A program made the translations under genes and the position numbers. The notes beneath the pieces were generated by a model that did no database searches, had not been told where the DNA came from, and was given only the letters and a program-made list of their open reading frames with translations. A DNA stretch of 64,000 nucleotides from Iphione sp. A-MEVVRFRX5 (taxonomy: Eukaryota). Location of the stretch: contig OZ320318.1 in assembly GCA_976226885.1 (NCBI GenBank), positions 83,142,001-83,206,000 on the forward strand, read 5' to 3'. The stretch's first letter is position 1, and each line of letters starts with the position of its first letter. Positions 50,128 through 59,947 of this stretch are shown piece by piece.

Positions 50128-51466
50128 TTCTTGCTAAATCGATACTGACAAGAGCAGGGAAAGTTGCATAGGCTATTATATTGATGGAATTGGGTAATGC
50201 TTTAGAAAACTTGATAGTTAGTCTGGTGTTTCCACGCCGAAGGAAGGAAGCAAGTTCTCGATCTCTTGCCTTATTCAAATCAAAGACAAATAGAGTGTAA
50301 CCTGACTTGAAGTCATCTTCAGAGATATCAGGTAGTTGTCCCACATGCCAGTCAGGAAAAGCATCAAACAGAGCAAGATATGATGTAGCACAGAGTCCGT
50401 CTGTGAAGTTCGGTTGAAAAGCTCGTCCTGGTCGCGATTCACCGTTAACCTCGAAACTGATGTAGTTCACATCGAAGGGTTGAAAATTGAAGGGGTTCTT
50501 CTGAGCATCTCCAGCATAGGCTTTGGATTCCACCATTCCCACGATCAGTCTGTCTGGGATTCGATCTTGGAAAATGTTTTCACCAGAAAATTCGTAACTA
50601 GCATTTGACACGGTGAAAGAACGAAGTTCACTTCGAATGAAGGGGTAGAGTACTGGAGTCTTTTCTAGCTGATTACGATGCTTTAGAATGAGTCCTTCGT
50701 GCACTTTTGTGAATGTAACCAGTAAGGTCGGTTTACTTATTTTCAAATGATAAATCTTTGAAGTGCGTGTACTGGGAGTTGTGACAGCTTGAACATTAGA
50801 AGATGCAGGTGGTGTATATGCTGTATACATTAAACGGAAGTTGTCTGAGGATTGATGGAATTTTATATTGATGGGTACCCCGTTGATGAGTGGTCTAGTT
50901 TGATTACATATATCACTGAATACTTTAGTGATCAGTTGGGTGGTTTTTCCATTTTCTGTTCTTCGTTTTCTCCTCACAAGCCCGAGATTTCTGTCAGTTG
51001 TTGCATCATCCATGTCAGATTCATTATCTTTGGAGAAACCTGCCACGCGTAGCCAACCGATCTCGTCACTCAGTCCTGATTCAGCAAGAGTGTCTAGCAT
51101 GGCTTTGAATGGGAAATTTCCTCCAACACTGCTATTGATTACTGTTTGTTGAAGGGAAAATTCCATTTGACTGAACATTGTGGAAGATATCAAATTGATA
51201 AATCCGACTTTATCGACTGAAGTGATGGGTTTCTTCTCATCAGTTAAAATCTGTAAATTCATTCTCAATCTGGTTTTATCAAGCATGATATAATCCAATG
51301 AATCATTGGGGATATTAAATTCGATAACTCCGTCCAAGGAAACATCACTCACAGGAGAATATTCCTTTATGTACTGTTGGGTTAGAGCAGTTTGCGTGGG
51401 AGGAACATCAAAAAGATCTAGGTTCATTCCATAACCTTCTTCTGAATCTCTAAGAACGTATGCCAT
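50108..51466 (-). CDS. Major capsid protein (double jelly roll, hexon-like)
   Basis: 452 aa; Polinton MCP N-terminal LDLFDVPPTQT...EYSP...IEFNIP...YI, plus IPDRLIVGMV and NPFNFQPFD motifs. Confidence 0.92.
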   Translation of the reverse strand: MAYVLRDSEEGYGMNLDLFDVPPTQTALTQQYIKEYSPVSDVSLDGVIEFNIPNDSLDYIMLDKTRLRMNLQILTDEKKPITSVDKVGFINLISSTMFSQMEFSLQQTVINSSVGGNFPFKAMLDTLAESGLSDEIGWLRVAGFSKDNESDMDDATTDRNLGLVRRKRRTENGKTTQLITKVFSDICNQTRPLINGVPINIKFHQSSDNFRLMYTAYTPPASSNVQAVTTPSTRTSKIYHLKISKPTLLVTFTKVHEGLILKHRNQLEKTPVLYPFIRSELRSFTVSNASYEFSGENIFQDRIPDRLIVGMVESKAYAGDAQKNPFNFQPFDVNYISFEVNGESRPGRAFQPNFTDGLCATSYLALFDAFPDWHVGQLPDISEDDFKSGYTLFVFDLNKARDRELASFLRRGNTRLTIKFSKALPNSINIIAYATFPALVSIDLARNVQLTT

Positions 51467-51752
51467 AACGTCTTGTTGTTTTCTTCTTCTTCTTATTTTT
51501 AGATTTTCTCTGGGATGTGGTTTTCCTCCTTCTCTTGTTGCTTGCTGACTTTCGACTGGTTTGTCTCTTCCGCTTTCGGCAATTTATAGGGGGATTTTTT
51601 TTCAGGCTTGCTTTTGCACGTTCCACAGCTTGTTCAGATGGAGTGACTAATTGAACTGGTGTCGTGGTTCCTCTTCCTATGAAGTGATTCCTTTTGCGAG
51701 AAACATGATCAAATGTGTTCATTTTGGGAATGAATGGAACAAATTCAGTCAT
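51450..51752 (-). CDS. Small basic core/genome-condensing protein
   Basis: 100 aa; FIGRG (adenain xxGxG-like site), VQLVTPSEQAVERAKASLK, K/R-rich C-terminal half; lies between the two capsid genes. Confidence 0.75.
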   Translation of the reverse strand: MTEFVPFIPKMNTFDHVSRKRNHFIGRGTTTPVQLVTPSEQAVERAKASLKKNPPINCRKRKRQTSRKSASNKRRRKTTSQRKSKNKKKKKTTRRYGIRS

Positions 51753-52117
51753 TTTTTCTGAACAGGTCTAATTTCAAAAAGAAGACGCTTGAAAATTGGT
51801 GCTTGATTTCCTTCCAGTGTTTTCCCAAAGACTCGAAAGCGTTCTAAACTCTTTCGTGATACGGGAAAGAACCACAGATGATCGAATTCACCCGTTGTCT
51901 TTCGTGTAATTCGCACTGTCGGAGCACTTTGTCCAGAAATGAAATTATCATTCACCAAGTCACAATTCACAATAATGTCACGTCCTCTGGGTACACCACT
52001 ACAGTATAGGTTCACCAAAGCACACTCCCACTCCCCTTCCAATTCGATGGGACGCGGTAGGGTGGTGATGAAGTCGTTTTCTGACTGAGTTTGAGAACGG
52101 ATAGCTTGCAGATACAT
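51749..52117 (-). CDS. Minor capsid protein (penton, single jelly roll), unusually short (~122 aa)
   Basis: NDFITTLPRPIELEGEWECAL, IIVNCDLV...GQSAPTVRI and WFFPVS motifs typical of Polinton pentons. Confidence 0.82.
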   Translation of the reverse strand: MYLQAIRSQTQSENDFITTLPRPIELEGEWECALVNLYCSGVPRGRDIIVNCDLVNDNFISGQSAPTVRITRKTTGEFDHLWFFPVSRKSLERFRVFGKTLEGNQAPIFKRLLFEIRPVQKK

Positions 52118-52156
52118 GAATGCACTGACTGAAGAACATTCCAACAACACAGTGTC

Positions 52157-53269
52157 TTATATACCTTCCTGTATGCGTTTCAGTTCCTCCTTACTGACCC
52201 AGGAATCATACTTACTGGGCCAACCGAGCCAGTGAACAATGAATCCGTCCTTTCCATTAAGCTTTTTTTTTCTGATAACTTTTTCTACTTTATATTGAGT
52301 ATCTTGGTTCACTTCCACCGGGATCATTTCTTCTGTATAGAATTTTCCATCTATTTCTTCATTGTCCCAAGACTTAAGTGAATATTGGGGAATACCTTGT
52401 TGCATTTTCCTGTCTGTAACCACAAACAATTCATGAGTCCAGTTTTCGTCATAAGCCCTTGTGAAGGTTTGTTTGAATTTAGATAACCTCACAACATCAC
52501 CCTTTTCAAACTTGAAAGGAAAAGTTTTGGGGATTTTCTTGTCTTTGGTAGTATCAAATTGAACGTTCCACAATTTGACTTTTTCACTCTCACTGGCTTG
52601 AAGGGGAGTCATTTTGATAGAACGATGAAAAGAATTATTGTATGAATCTGTGAAATGAGAAAGATTTTCCAACCACTTGTGACTTTGTAAGAAGTACATC
52701 TCTTTGGTGATCTTGGATTTTATTGTTTTTATGAAACGTTCAGCATAATTTGCTTTCACTTCGTTCCTCGTTACCACGTGCTTTATATTTTCTTTGTTCA
52801 GGTACTTCCTCACCCATTGATTATTGAATTCACTTCCTCCGTCAGTTCGTAGCACTTTACAAACTTGCTCTTGAAAGACAGATTTCAGTGCGCTCAATGT
52901 TTCTTTTCCCGAGAGAGTTTTGAGGGGACGAGTCCAAGCATACCTGGGAAAAACATCTATGACCACTAAGAAATAACTCATTCCATCGTTTTCTTTAGAC
53001 CATGTGACCATATTAGCAGTATCTGCATCGAATTGAAAGAATTTATCCGAAACCACCACCCTTGGTCGTTTCACAGAACGAGAAGGTTTTGAAGGGGCAA
53101 ATAACGTATATGTCTCCTGTGCTTTCAACCATTCTCGTATTTTCTTGAGAGAGATATTCTTGCCATCTTTCTTAGCTCTCGTATAAAGTGCTGTCACACC
53201 AGAAAAAGCTTCGGGTTCATTGGGGTCATAATAAATCTTGTTTAAGTACTCTTCCATCCATCGTGCCAT
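52157..53269 (-). CDS. Retroviral-type DDE integrase with C-terminal chromodomain
   Basis: FQFDADT (D), LRTDGGSEF (D), YAERFIKTIK (E); chromodomain YKVEKVI...FIVHWLGWPSKYDSWV. Consistent with the 6-bp TSD. Confidence 0.96.
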   Translation of the reverse strand: MARWMEEYLNKIYYDPNEPEAFSGVTALYTRAKKDGKNISLKKIREWLKAQETYTLFAPSKPSRSVKRPRVVVSDKFFQFDADTANMVTWSKENDGMSYFLVVIDVFPRYAWTRPLKTLSGKETLSALKSVFQEQVCKVLRTDGGSEFNNQWVRKYLNKENIKHVVTRNEVKANYAERFIKTIKSKITKEMYFLQSHKWLENLSHFTDSYNNSFHRSIKMTPLQASESEKVKLWNVQFDTTKDKKIPKTFPFKFEKGDVVRLSKFKQTFTRAYDENWTHELFVVTDRKMQQGIPQYSLKSWDNEEIDGKFYTEEMIPVEVNQDTQYKVEKVIRKKKLNGKDGFIVHWLGWPSKYDSWVSKEELKRIQEGI

Positions 53270-53628
53270 GCTAACTGCCTCTTCTTTTTTCTTAAGGGTT
53301 TACCTGGTGGTGGAGGAACGATTGCTAAAGGAGTTGACTGTTTCCTCTGTTTACTTTGTTTTTTCATTGACGAGGAGACTGGTTGTGTGCTCGATTGTGG
53401 TGGAGATGATGGCGGCGGTGACGGCGGCGGCGACGGCGGTGGTGGGGGCTGAGGCGACGATGGGCGTGACGGTGGAAATGGCATCAAAGGAAGCCTAGAT
53501 ACCCAACCACCACCACCCTGCAGTTCCTTTTGTGGGTGAGTATCCGAATGTTCGTCTTCACTCCTCTTTGTGGGTTGAGAAAATAAAGCTTGGTAACGCT
53601 CAAAGGGTATACACACCACTTTTCTCAT
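53242..53628 (-). CDS. Small Polinton hypothetical protein, Pro-rich
   Basis: 128-aa ORF overlapping both neighbours. MRKVVCIPFERY start and terminal Trp resemble the small ORFs usually found between ATPase and integrase. Confidence 0.7.
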   Translation of the reverse strand: MRKVVCIPFERYQALFSQPTKRSEDEHSDTHPQKELQGGGGWVSRLPLMPFPPSRPSSPQPPPPPSPPPSPPPSSPPQSSTQPVSSSMKKQSKQRKQSTPLAIVPPPPGKPLRKKKRQLAWHDGWKST

Positions 53629-53960
53629 TCTCTCATCAGTTTAAATAGATCTGGTTTGATTGAAAGAAGAATGCGATATAGCTGAGTACGTTGATGTGCA
53701 ATCAGTTTAGCTTTCTTTTTCAATGAGGAAGTGGGATCACTAAGATTCTTGATGAGTCTTATATTCTTGTCAACGACTCTTCTGACTGGTTGAGGGATAG
53801 GGAGATTGTTTAAATTAAAAGCAATCTCGCTCAAGACTAATGCCTGGTCTGGGGTTACAGTGTACAAGAGTGCTTCTGCTTGGTTCTTGTTTGGAGTGTT
53901 CAGAAGAAGAGTGAGAAAGTCTTTCTGGTTGTTGATCCGTGGACTCTTCATTTGTACCAA
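53625..53960 (-). CDS. Small Polinton hypothetical protein
   Basis: 111-aa ORF (FLTLLL...AEALL...DQALVLSEIAFN) directly downstream of the ATPase, with overlapping start/stop. Confidence 0.75.
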   Translation of the reverse strand: MVQMKSPRINNQKDFLTLLLNTPNKNQAEALLYTVTPDQALVLSEIAFNLNNLPIPQPVRRVVDKNIRLIKNLSDPTSSLKKKAKLIAHQRTQLYRILLSIKPDLFKLMRE

Positions 53961-54568
53961 ACTAGAACCTCGTCAGGGAAAATGTGAGAGGTTAACTTGA
54001 CTTCAGTGTGATTGCGTGGATGGAGGTCGACCACTAAATAACCGAATGGTTCGGAAGTGACGTCTTTATATGCTTCCTTTATGCTCGGCATTCCGACTTG
54101 TTGTGCCAGACGTGTTATCTGTTGAATATCCCTTGGATTTTTAAACAGCACTAAGTATTGAGAATTGAGAGCAATTGTCCTGGCACATTTTCCTTGACAA
54201 TATAAATTCTGATTCATATAAATAATAGTAATATCCCTATGGTGAGATCCTCTAGTAAACAAATGCTGAATTTCCGAATCGTTCACTACAATATCCATCA
54301 AGTCGTCTAGTATCAAAAGAATTCTTCCACCTTCTTTCAAATCCTCCAAATTGATTCCCTCGCGGAATTCAACATCTTTAACATCTTGAAATCCAGTTTG
54401 CCAAGCACCATAACAATATACGATTTTTTTGAAAGGTTTTTCAAACAGTTGTTTTCTATATCGGATGAGTTTCTTCACGAAATATGTCTTACCAGAAGAG
54501 GTGGCTCCAGAAATGGATATGGTGCTTGGTGTAGCGAAGCTGAACGATGGTATGTCTAGTTCAGTCAT
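53948..54568 (-). CDS. A32/FtsK-like DNA packaging ATPase
   Basis: Walker A GATSSGKT, Walker B LLILDD, FTRGSHHRDITIIYMNQNLY, FKNPRD. TATAAAA about 40 bp upstream of ATG 54568. Confidence 0.95.
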   Translation of the reverse strand: MTELDIPSFSFATPSTISISGATSSGKTYFVKKLIRYRKQLFEKPFKKIVYCYGAWQTGFQDVKDVEFREGINLEDLKEGGRILLILDDLMDIVVNDSEIQHLFTRGSHHRDITIIYMNQNLYCQGKCARTIALNSQYLVLFKNPRDIQQITRLAQQVGMPSIKEAYKDVTSEPFGYLVVDLHPRNHTEVKLTSHIFPDEVLVWYK

Positions 54569-54661
54569 TGTGAGAACACAATATGTCAAGACAAAATACA
54601 AACTTATGGTTTTATATTGCAGTGCAATGAAATAATAACTGAAACAAATTAGTTTTTTTTT

Positions 54662-57600
54662 TCATTTATTCAACTCCATGCGTACTCTCACCTCTTCCCA
54701 TAACTCCCCGAGTTTATTCTTTCCTTTGAATTCACATGGTCGAGAAATTTTCACATTTCCAACATCCATACCTACACCCCAAAACCTGTCTAGACTAGCA
54801 TATACAATCTTTTTACAATGAGAGAGTTCTTTCCTCACTTCAGGGAAAGTTCTAGCTATATACAACATGAGATCCCTCATGATTTTGAGATTAACCTCTT
54901 CGAGATTCTCACTAGGTTTTATGAAAGAAAGTAATGACTTCATTTCTTTTGGATCAGAAGAAGAATGAATTAATCGAGCCACTTCGGTTGCACGGTGAAA
55001 CACGGCGAGGTTATAATAAAACATGTGAAACAAAGATTGAAAACCAGCAAGTTGCCATCTGTAAAAGGGATTCAAGACTTCCCAGGGTTTAGCAATTATA
55101 AAATAATCATCAACATTCCATGGGGATAATGTGATCTGAAGAGGTGAGGTGTTGATTCCATCATCATGAACGATTCTCTTTACATAGAAGTAAGAAAATC
55201 CCACTCGTTCCTGCCTATATGTAAAAATTGTTCCGTCTCGAGCTCGGAAACCAGAATTGGTACCTGATTTAGGAATCTGTGTTTCCAGAACTGAAGAATA
55301 CAACGCTAAGGGTTCTGTCACCTTAGATTTTGAAATTCCTTTACAACTGAATTTTGACACACCCTTGTTATCTAAAACATAAGTCTTACTGGTCAGTGCT
55401 ATGATGGAATCGCCTCTCGCCTCCTCTTTCATGATCCCTGGAACTCTTCTGTCAAATGAATGATGTCTGTCACAACACTGACGCATGAACCAAATCGGAG
55501 AGAGCTTATCATCACATCTATCCCTGATCTCACTGACATACTCCATCTTCTTATCAACAAAGATGTTGTCTTCAAAGTTTTCGTATGCAAAAGCAATATA
55601 AGCACTGTCGGTATCCATAGTTACGTATTGAAAATGATTTCTAGGAATAAGTCTGTCTATACAATCATAATAGAAAGATAACATAGTTAATTTAGCATAT
55701 TGTAAAATGGTGAAACCGATATAAATAGGCATATCGAGAACAATACGGGGTTTAACAGATTCTACCTCAAAAAGACCATTTAATTCATTTACTTTTCTGA
55801 AACGGGGAGAATTAATTGCATTGATCGTTTCAGTGGGATCTGAAAAATATTTTACATTCATTTGCTTTTCTTTTTGCATGATAACTCCCCCATAAGCAGA
55901 ATTCCCTATGAGCTTCATGGTGTCAGCAATCACTGCACTATCAGGATCAGAGTCACCCTGTCTTCTTGCACTTGTTACATCTTCTGTAAATTTCTTGAAA
56001 CAATCTTTGGGAACGAATTCAATCATCTGGTAAATTTTTGTAACCAGCAAACCATGTTCCATATACCATTTTAGAAGAGGAGAAGCTATGAGGATCTTTT
56101 TAGCAGACAAAGCACTGACCAGAAGCTCTCTCGGATTTCGTGATAGATTATGTTCTTCAACATGTTTCTGCATGTGGGGACCAAAATGATTGAATTCGAC
56201 ACTTGCCTTTCCAAATAAAGGACACATTTCTGAGAAATATTCCTTTGGTGGGAGTTCCCTCTCCATTCCTTCAGGCCAAACATTGGGAACTGAAATATCC
56301 ACTTCCAGAGCACCAAACAGACTTCCATCAGAAACCCCCTTTAAAATATCCTTAGTCGTGACCTTTCCAGGATGCTTGCGAGTGAACTCAGGATAAAATA
56401 AATTCACCCAGTCTTGAAGCTCTGTTGAATTTTGAATCATTTCCCTGAAGTAGCACTCGTTCATACTAATTACTTCATAACCATTTTTTTCAAAAAAATG
56501 CTTTCTCTTTTTTGTTCGTTCCTCATTTTTCTTTCGGATATTTTCTTTCATTTTTCCCTTCATACAAATATGACCATGAAAATAACACCCATCGAACTCG
56601 AAAATCTGTTTGGAACTCTGTGAATGACTATAACCATCGACCCTATAAGGACCCACTCTGACTTCACCCTCAGCTCTGTTCTGAAAATGAGAGATATGAA
56701 TCCCACGCTTTTCAGATTCCCACTCCAACCAGATATACATCAATTGGTAAACAGAATGACGAACAGGTTTGAAACCAGTCTCTTCATGCCTTCTGACAAA
56801 ATTTCCAGTCGGCATTGCATTTCCAATTGCAGATAAATAGAGACTGTTTGCATCAAAGCCAATAATTGTTTGACATTTGTGTGGACCAGATCTGATGAAA
56901 GTTTCATTAGCAATATGCTTTCGAGTAAATACTATTGCTGGACCACCTACTAAATTCCTCTTATAAGTTTGATATAAATCTTCCTCAGAATTATTGAATA
57001 AAGGGAAATGTGTGTTACTCTCTGAAGCTGACTGGAAAAGCATTCTACGTGCTATCCCTGGAGCAGAGACTGAAATCTTGAATATATCTATTTCTCTTTG
57101 AAAATAGAAATCTTGTAAACGAACAACAGCTGTAACAAAAGGTCCAACATCCAGATTATTATAATAGGCTAAAAAATCCCTCAGCGTTTCCATCCCTTCC
57201 CTTTCCCATATACACAATAATTGTTCGTATTCCTCTCGGGAAATATTTGAGTTCCTAAAAGATGAATAAAAAGCATCATGTGGAGGAAGAGAGCGATCAT
57301 TTAACTTTTCTGGGCAGTCCAAATATTCATAACAAAAGAAGGATTTCTGCTCTGGTACTCCATATGCCTTCAGAAATTTCGAATAGGATACCCCTGGACT
57401 CAAATACTGACATATGTCAAGAAATTTGAATTGATCATTGGATATACAGATATAAGAATTCTCTCGTTTAATGACAAAGGTTTCCTTTCCCACCAGATCC
57501 AAATGGTTTAAGAGTTGCTTTCTGAGAAGATTTAGGTCATATCTCGCCGAATTGAATCCTAAAACTGGAAGACAAGAAATGTAAGCCAGTAGACGCTTTT

Positions 57601-59470
57601 CCAAACTTCCAATCAATTTCAACATTTCTAAACTCTCATGTTCTTTCCTTTCAGAGTCCACGTCATCACCAGCCGTGTCTCCATCATCGATCACACCACC
57701 AATCCCCACGTCACATTCATGAATTGGATAACAGTCAACCCAAGAGGAATCTTCTTCTGTCATCATCACCTCCTCCACCACCTCCTCCTCCACCTGCACT
57801 TCACGTTCGATTCCCGCATGCTTAAGTTCTTCCAAAAGATCCTTTCTCATTTCCTTTAAAGCACTCAATGCAAAAGCCCATTTCTCTTTACCCTTCTTTA
57901 GAGTCTCCTCTTGAATTCTCTTTAGATAATCCACCATTTCCTCAACAAGAGCAGACATGTCCTCATTGATAAAGCAACGTGGAGTTGAGAAATTTTCCAC
58001 ATTACTACAGACAGAAACTGAAATCGTCTCGTGTTTGTTAATCCAGTGTAATTTAGAACAATTTCCAGGATCTGTGGCACGAAGCATTGCCTCGCAATCG
58101 AACACTGCAAAATCACGAAAAAGTCGATCCTCTCGTGGAACATGAATCCCAACACTTTCCAATTCTTCAAAAATTGTGGAAGGATTACTATAGAAACCCC
58201 CTTTGTAGTGATACGTTGTTTTAAGAGGACAGGTTCTCATGTGTCTGAGAAAATGGTGCTTCTTTTTTAAACAGAAACCACACATTGAACACTCAAATTT
58301 CTGAGCATACCTTGGAAAATCTGAAACATACGAGAGATGACCATGGTACACATTTAAGTACATTGTGTCAGTGAAACAAGTGAATGGTTTATGTTTGAGT
58401 TTCACTGAATCATTAACAGTCATTTCATAAATGTATATACTCGTCTCGAAACATCTCTCGAACTCTCCTACAAGTTTCATATCAAGACCAGCAAACTCAA
58501 AAGGATCAGAGGGAATAGATAGTTTGAGTTTTCTGTTGCAATACTGATTCCATTGTTCATAATATACAGTAACTGCAGCCTCGATATCTGCTTGTTGATT
58601 GTGAACGGCCAAACACCTAAATGCACAAAGCGAGTCTGTGATCTGTGTGGAATCATCGTGACGGTCAAGTGAAATGAGAAATGGTTTCCTTTTTAAAAAT
58701 TCAGGCAAGAAACCGTATCCTAAAGTAAAAGACGTTTTCGAAATGAAATAAGTCACATTTGTAATCATGACTGCTTTCCATTTGGTGTCTGGTCGATTCA
58801 CAGTAAAATAACCCTCTGGATCAAAAGCACTAAGCCTCTCCAAGATTCGGGGTATGTCTGACCTTCTTGAAATAATGACAGGATCTGAAAATACTGTACT
58901 GTTCCGATACGGAACAAAGTACCTGTACTCTCCACTCTCCACATGTCTTAAGATAACTCCAAACCCGAGATTCAGTTTGATTCGTGAGTCTTCGAGATGG
59001 AAAATCTCGTTTAGTTGGCTAGTAAATTCATTCACACCATCTGAAAGATTATTGGTAGGGAAATTAAAAGTACTCGAAACCTGACCCGACCTGTGATTTG
59101 CAAGAATATGTCCACGATTAGCTTCATACACTCTTCTCAGGGGTTCATCAACAACCGAACCATGTTCATCAAGCCATGGTGCAGCATTGTGCTGCCATGG
59201 TTCTTCCTGAAGTGTATCACCACTTCCATGCTGAATGCCATTGTGCATATACAAATCTTTTTTGGAATTAAAGACCTCAGAACATTTCCTACACCTATAA
59301 GATTTTCTTTTGCTGTGATATGACATGTGATGGTTTAATTGCTGAACAGTTCTAAAGCGCCTATTACATTGCATACATGTTAGGTTTTTCTTCTGCTGAC
59401 ACTTGGGAATATGGTTCTTTGCATTCTTCTCACGAACGAAGGATCTGGAGCATATGGGACATATGTGTCT
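54662..59470 (-). CDS. Protein-primed family B DNA polymerase (pPolB), main exon: zinc fingers, terminal-protein region, vOTU-like protease, exonuclease, polymerase with Vsr-like insertion, C-terminal NADAR-like domain
   Basis: ExoI FDCE, ExoII FNSARYD, ExoIII YNNLD; Pol DANSLY, KLIGNSAYG, MDTDS. Frame stays open upstream of ATG 59374 to acceptor ttttttctag| at 59470. AATAAA overlaps the stop codon. Confidence 0.97.
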   Translation of the reverse strand, partial: RHICPICSRSFVREKNAKNHIPKCQQKKNLTCMQCNRRFRTVQQLNHHMSYHSKRKSYRCRKCSEVFNSKKDLYMHNGIQHGSGDTLQEEPWQHNAAPWLDEHGSVVDEPLRRVYEANRGHILANHRSGQVSSTFNFPTNNLSDGVNEFTSQLNEIFHLEDSRIKLNLGFGVILRHVESGEYRYFVPYRNSTVFSDPVIISRRSDIPRILERLSAFDPEGYFTVNRPDTKWKAVMITNVTYFISKTSFTLGYGFLPEFLKRKPFLISLDRHDDSTQITDSLCAFRCLAVHNQQADIEAAVTVYYEQWNQYCNRKLKLSIPSDPFEFAGLDMKLVGEFERCFETSIYIYEMTVNDSVKLKHKPFTCFTDTMYLNVYHGHLSYVSDFPRYAQKFECSMCGFCLKKKHHFLRHMRTCPLKTTYHYKGGFYSNPSTIFEELESVGIHVPREDRLFRDFAVFDCEAMLRATDPGNCSKLHWINKHETISVSVCSNVENFSTPRCFINEDMSALVEEMVDYLKRIQEETLKKGKEKWAFALSALKEMRKDLLEELKHAGIEREVQVEEEVVEEVMMTEEDSSWVDCYPIHECDVGIGGVIDDGDTAGDDVDSERKEHESLEMLKLIGSLEKRLLAYISCLPVLGFNSARYDLNLLRKQLLNHLDLVGKETFVIKRENSYICISNDQFKFLDICQYLSPGVSYSKFLKAYGVPEQKSFFCYEYLDCPEKLNDRSLPPHDAFYSSFRNSNISREEYEQLLCIWEREGMETLRDFLAYYNNLDVGPFVTAVVRLQDFYFQREIDIFKISVSAPGIARRMLFQSASESNTHFPLFNNSEEDLYQTYKRNLVGGPAIVFTRKHIANETFIRSGPHKCQTIIGFDANSLYLSAIGNAMPTGNFVRRHEETGFKPVRHSVYQLMYIWLEWESEKRGIHISHFQNRAEGEVRVGPYRVDGYSHSQSSKQIFEFDGCYFHGHICMKGKMKENIRKKNEERTKKRKHFFEKNGYEVISMNECYFREMIQNSTELQDWVNLFYPEFTRKHPGKVTTKDILKGVSDGSLFGALEVDISVPNVWPEGMERELPPKEYFSEMCPLFGKASVEFNHFGPHMQKHVEEHNLSRNPRELLVSALSAKKILIASPLLKWYMEHGLLVTKIYQMIEFVPKDCFKKFTEDVTSARRQGDSDPDSAVIADTMKLIGNSAYGGVIMQKEKQMNVKYFSDPTETINAINSPRFRKVNELNGLFEVESVKPRIVLDMPIYIGFTILQYAKLTMLSFYYDCIDRLIPRNHFQYVTMDTDSAYIAFAYENFEDNIFVDKKMEYVSEIRDRCDDKLSPIWFMRQCCDRHHSFDRRVPGIMKEEARGDSIIALTSKTYVLDNKGVSKFSCKGISKSKVTEPLALYSSVLETQIPKSGTNSGFRARDGTIFTYRQERVGFSYFYVKRIVHDDGINTSPLQITLSPWNVDDYFIIAKPWEVLNPFYRWQLAGFQSLFHMFYYNLAVFHRATEVARLIHSSSDPKEMKSLLSFIKPSENLEEVNLKIMRDLMLYIARTFPEVRKELSHCKKIVYASLDRFWGVGMDVGNVKISRPCEFKGKNKLGELWEEVRVRMELNK

Positions 59471-59572
59471 CTAGAAAAAATGTAATAAATCGTTATAAAA
59501 AAACAAATTCATTGAAAAAGCGAAATTGACAAAAAAAATCTTTTTTTAAAACCACAAATTGTTAGCTCTTAC

Positions 59573-59626
59573 CTTTTTTTCTTCACTAGTTCCTGAACCA
59601 GCAGATGATGACACAGTGGGAGAGTT
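59573..59626 (-). CDS. pPolB putative exon 3
   Basis: tttacacag|NSPTVSSSAGSGTSEEKK|gtaaga, phase 0-0. Confidence 0.6.
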
Positions 59627-59760
59627 CTGTGTAAACAGAGACAAGGGCGCAGGTAGGATTTACTTTTGGAATAATGTCGTAAAAAAAACAAGAATCTATT
59701 CATATATTTAAAAAAAGTAAAAAAACATGGAAGCGAAACATAGATTTATTTCTCTCTTAC

Positions 59761-59856
59761 CACAGGTGAAGATGAAGAAGGCCGAGCAGATGTGGAAGGA
59801 CTATTAGGAAGGAACTCGCTGCTAGAGTCAACAAAAAATTCATCAAGCACTGCCCT
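59761..59856 (-). CDS. pPolB putative exon 2
   Basis: ttttcttttcag|RAVLDEFFVDSSSEFLPNSPSTSARPSSSSPV|gtaaga, phase 0-0. Confidence 0.68.
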
Positions 59857-59947
59857 CTGAAAAGAAAAGGATAAAACAAAAGGATTGTCTTCAATGTGAA
59901 ATAAATGAAAGATTAAAAAAACTATAAAAAACAAAATTAAACTTTAC

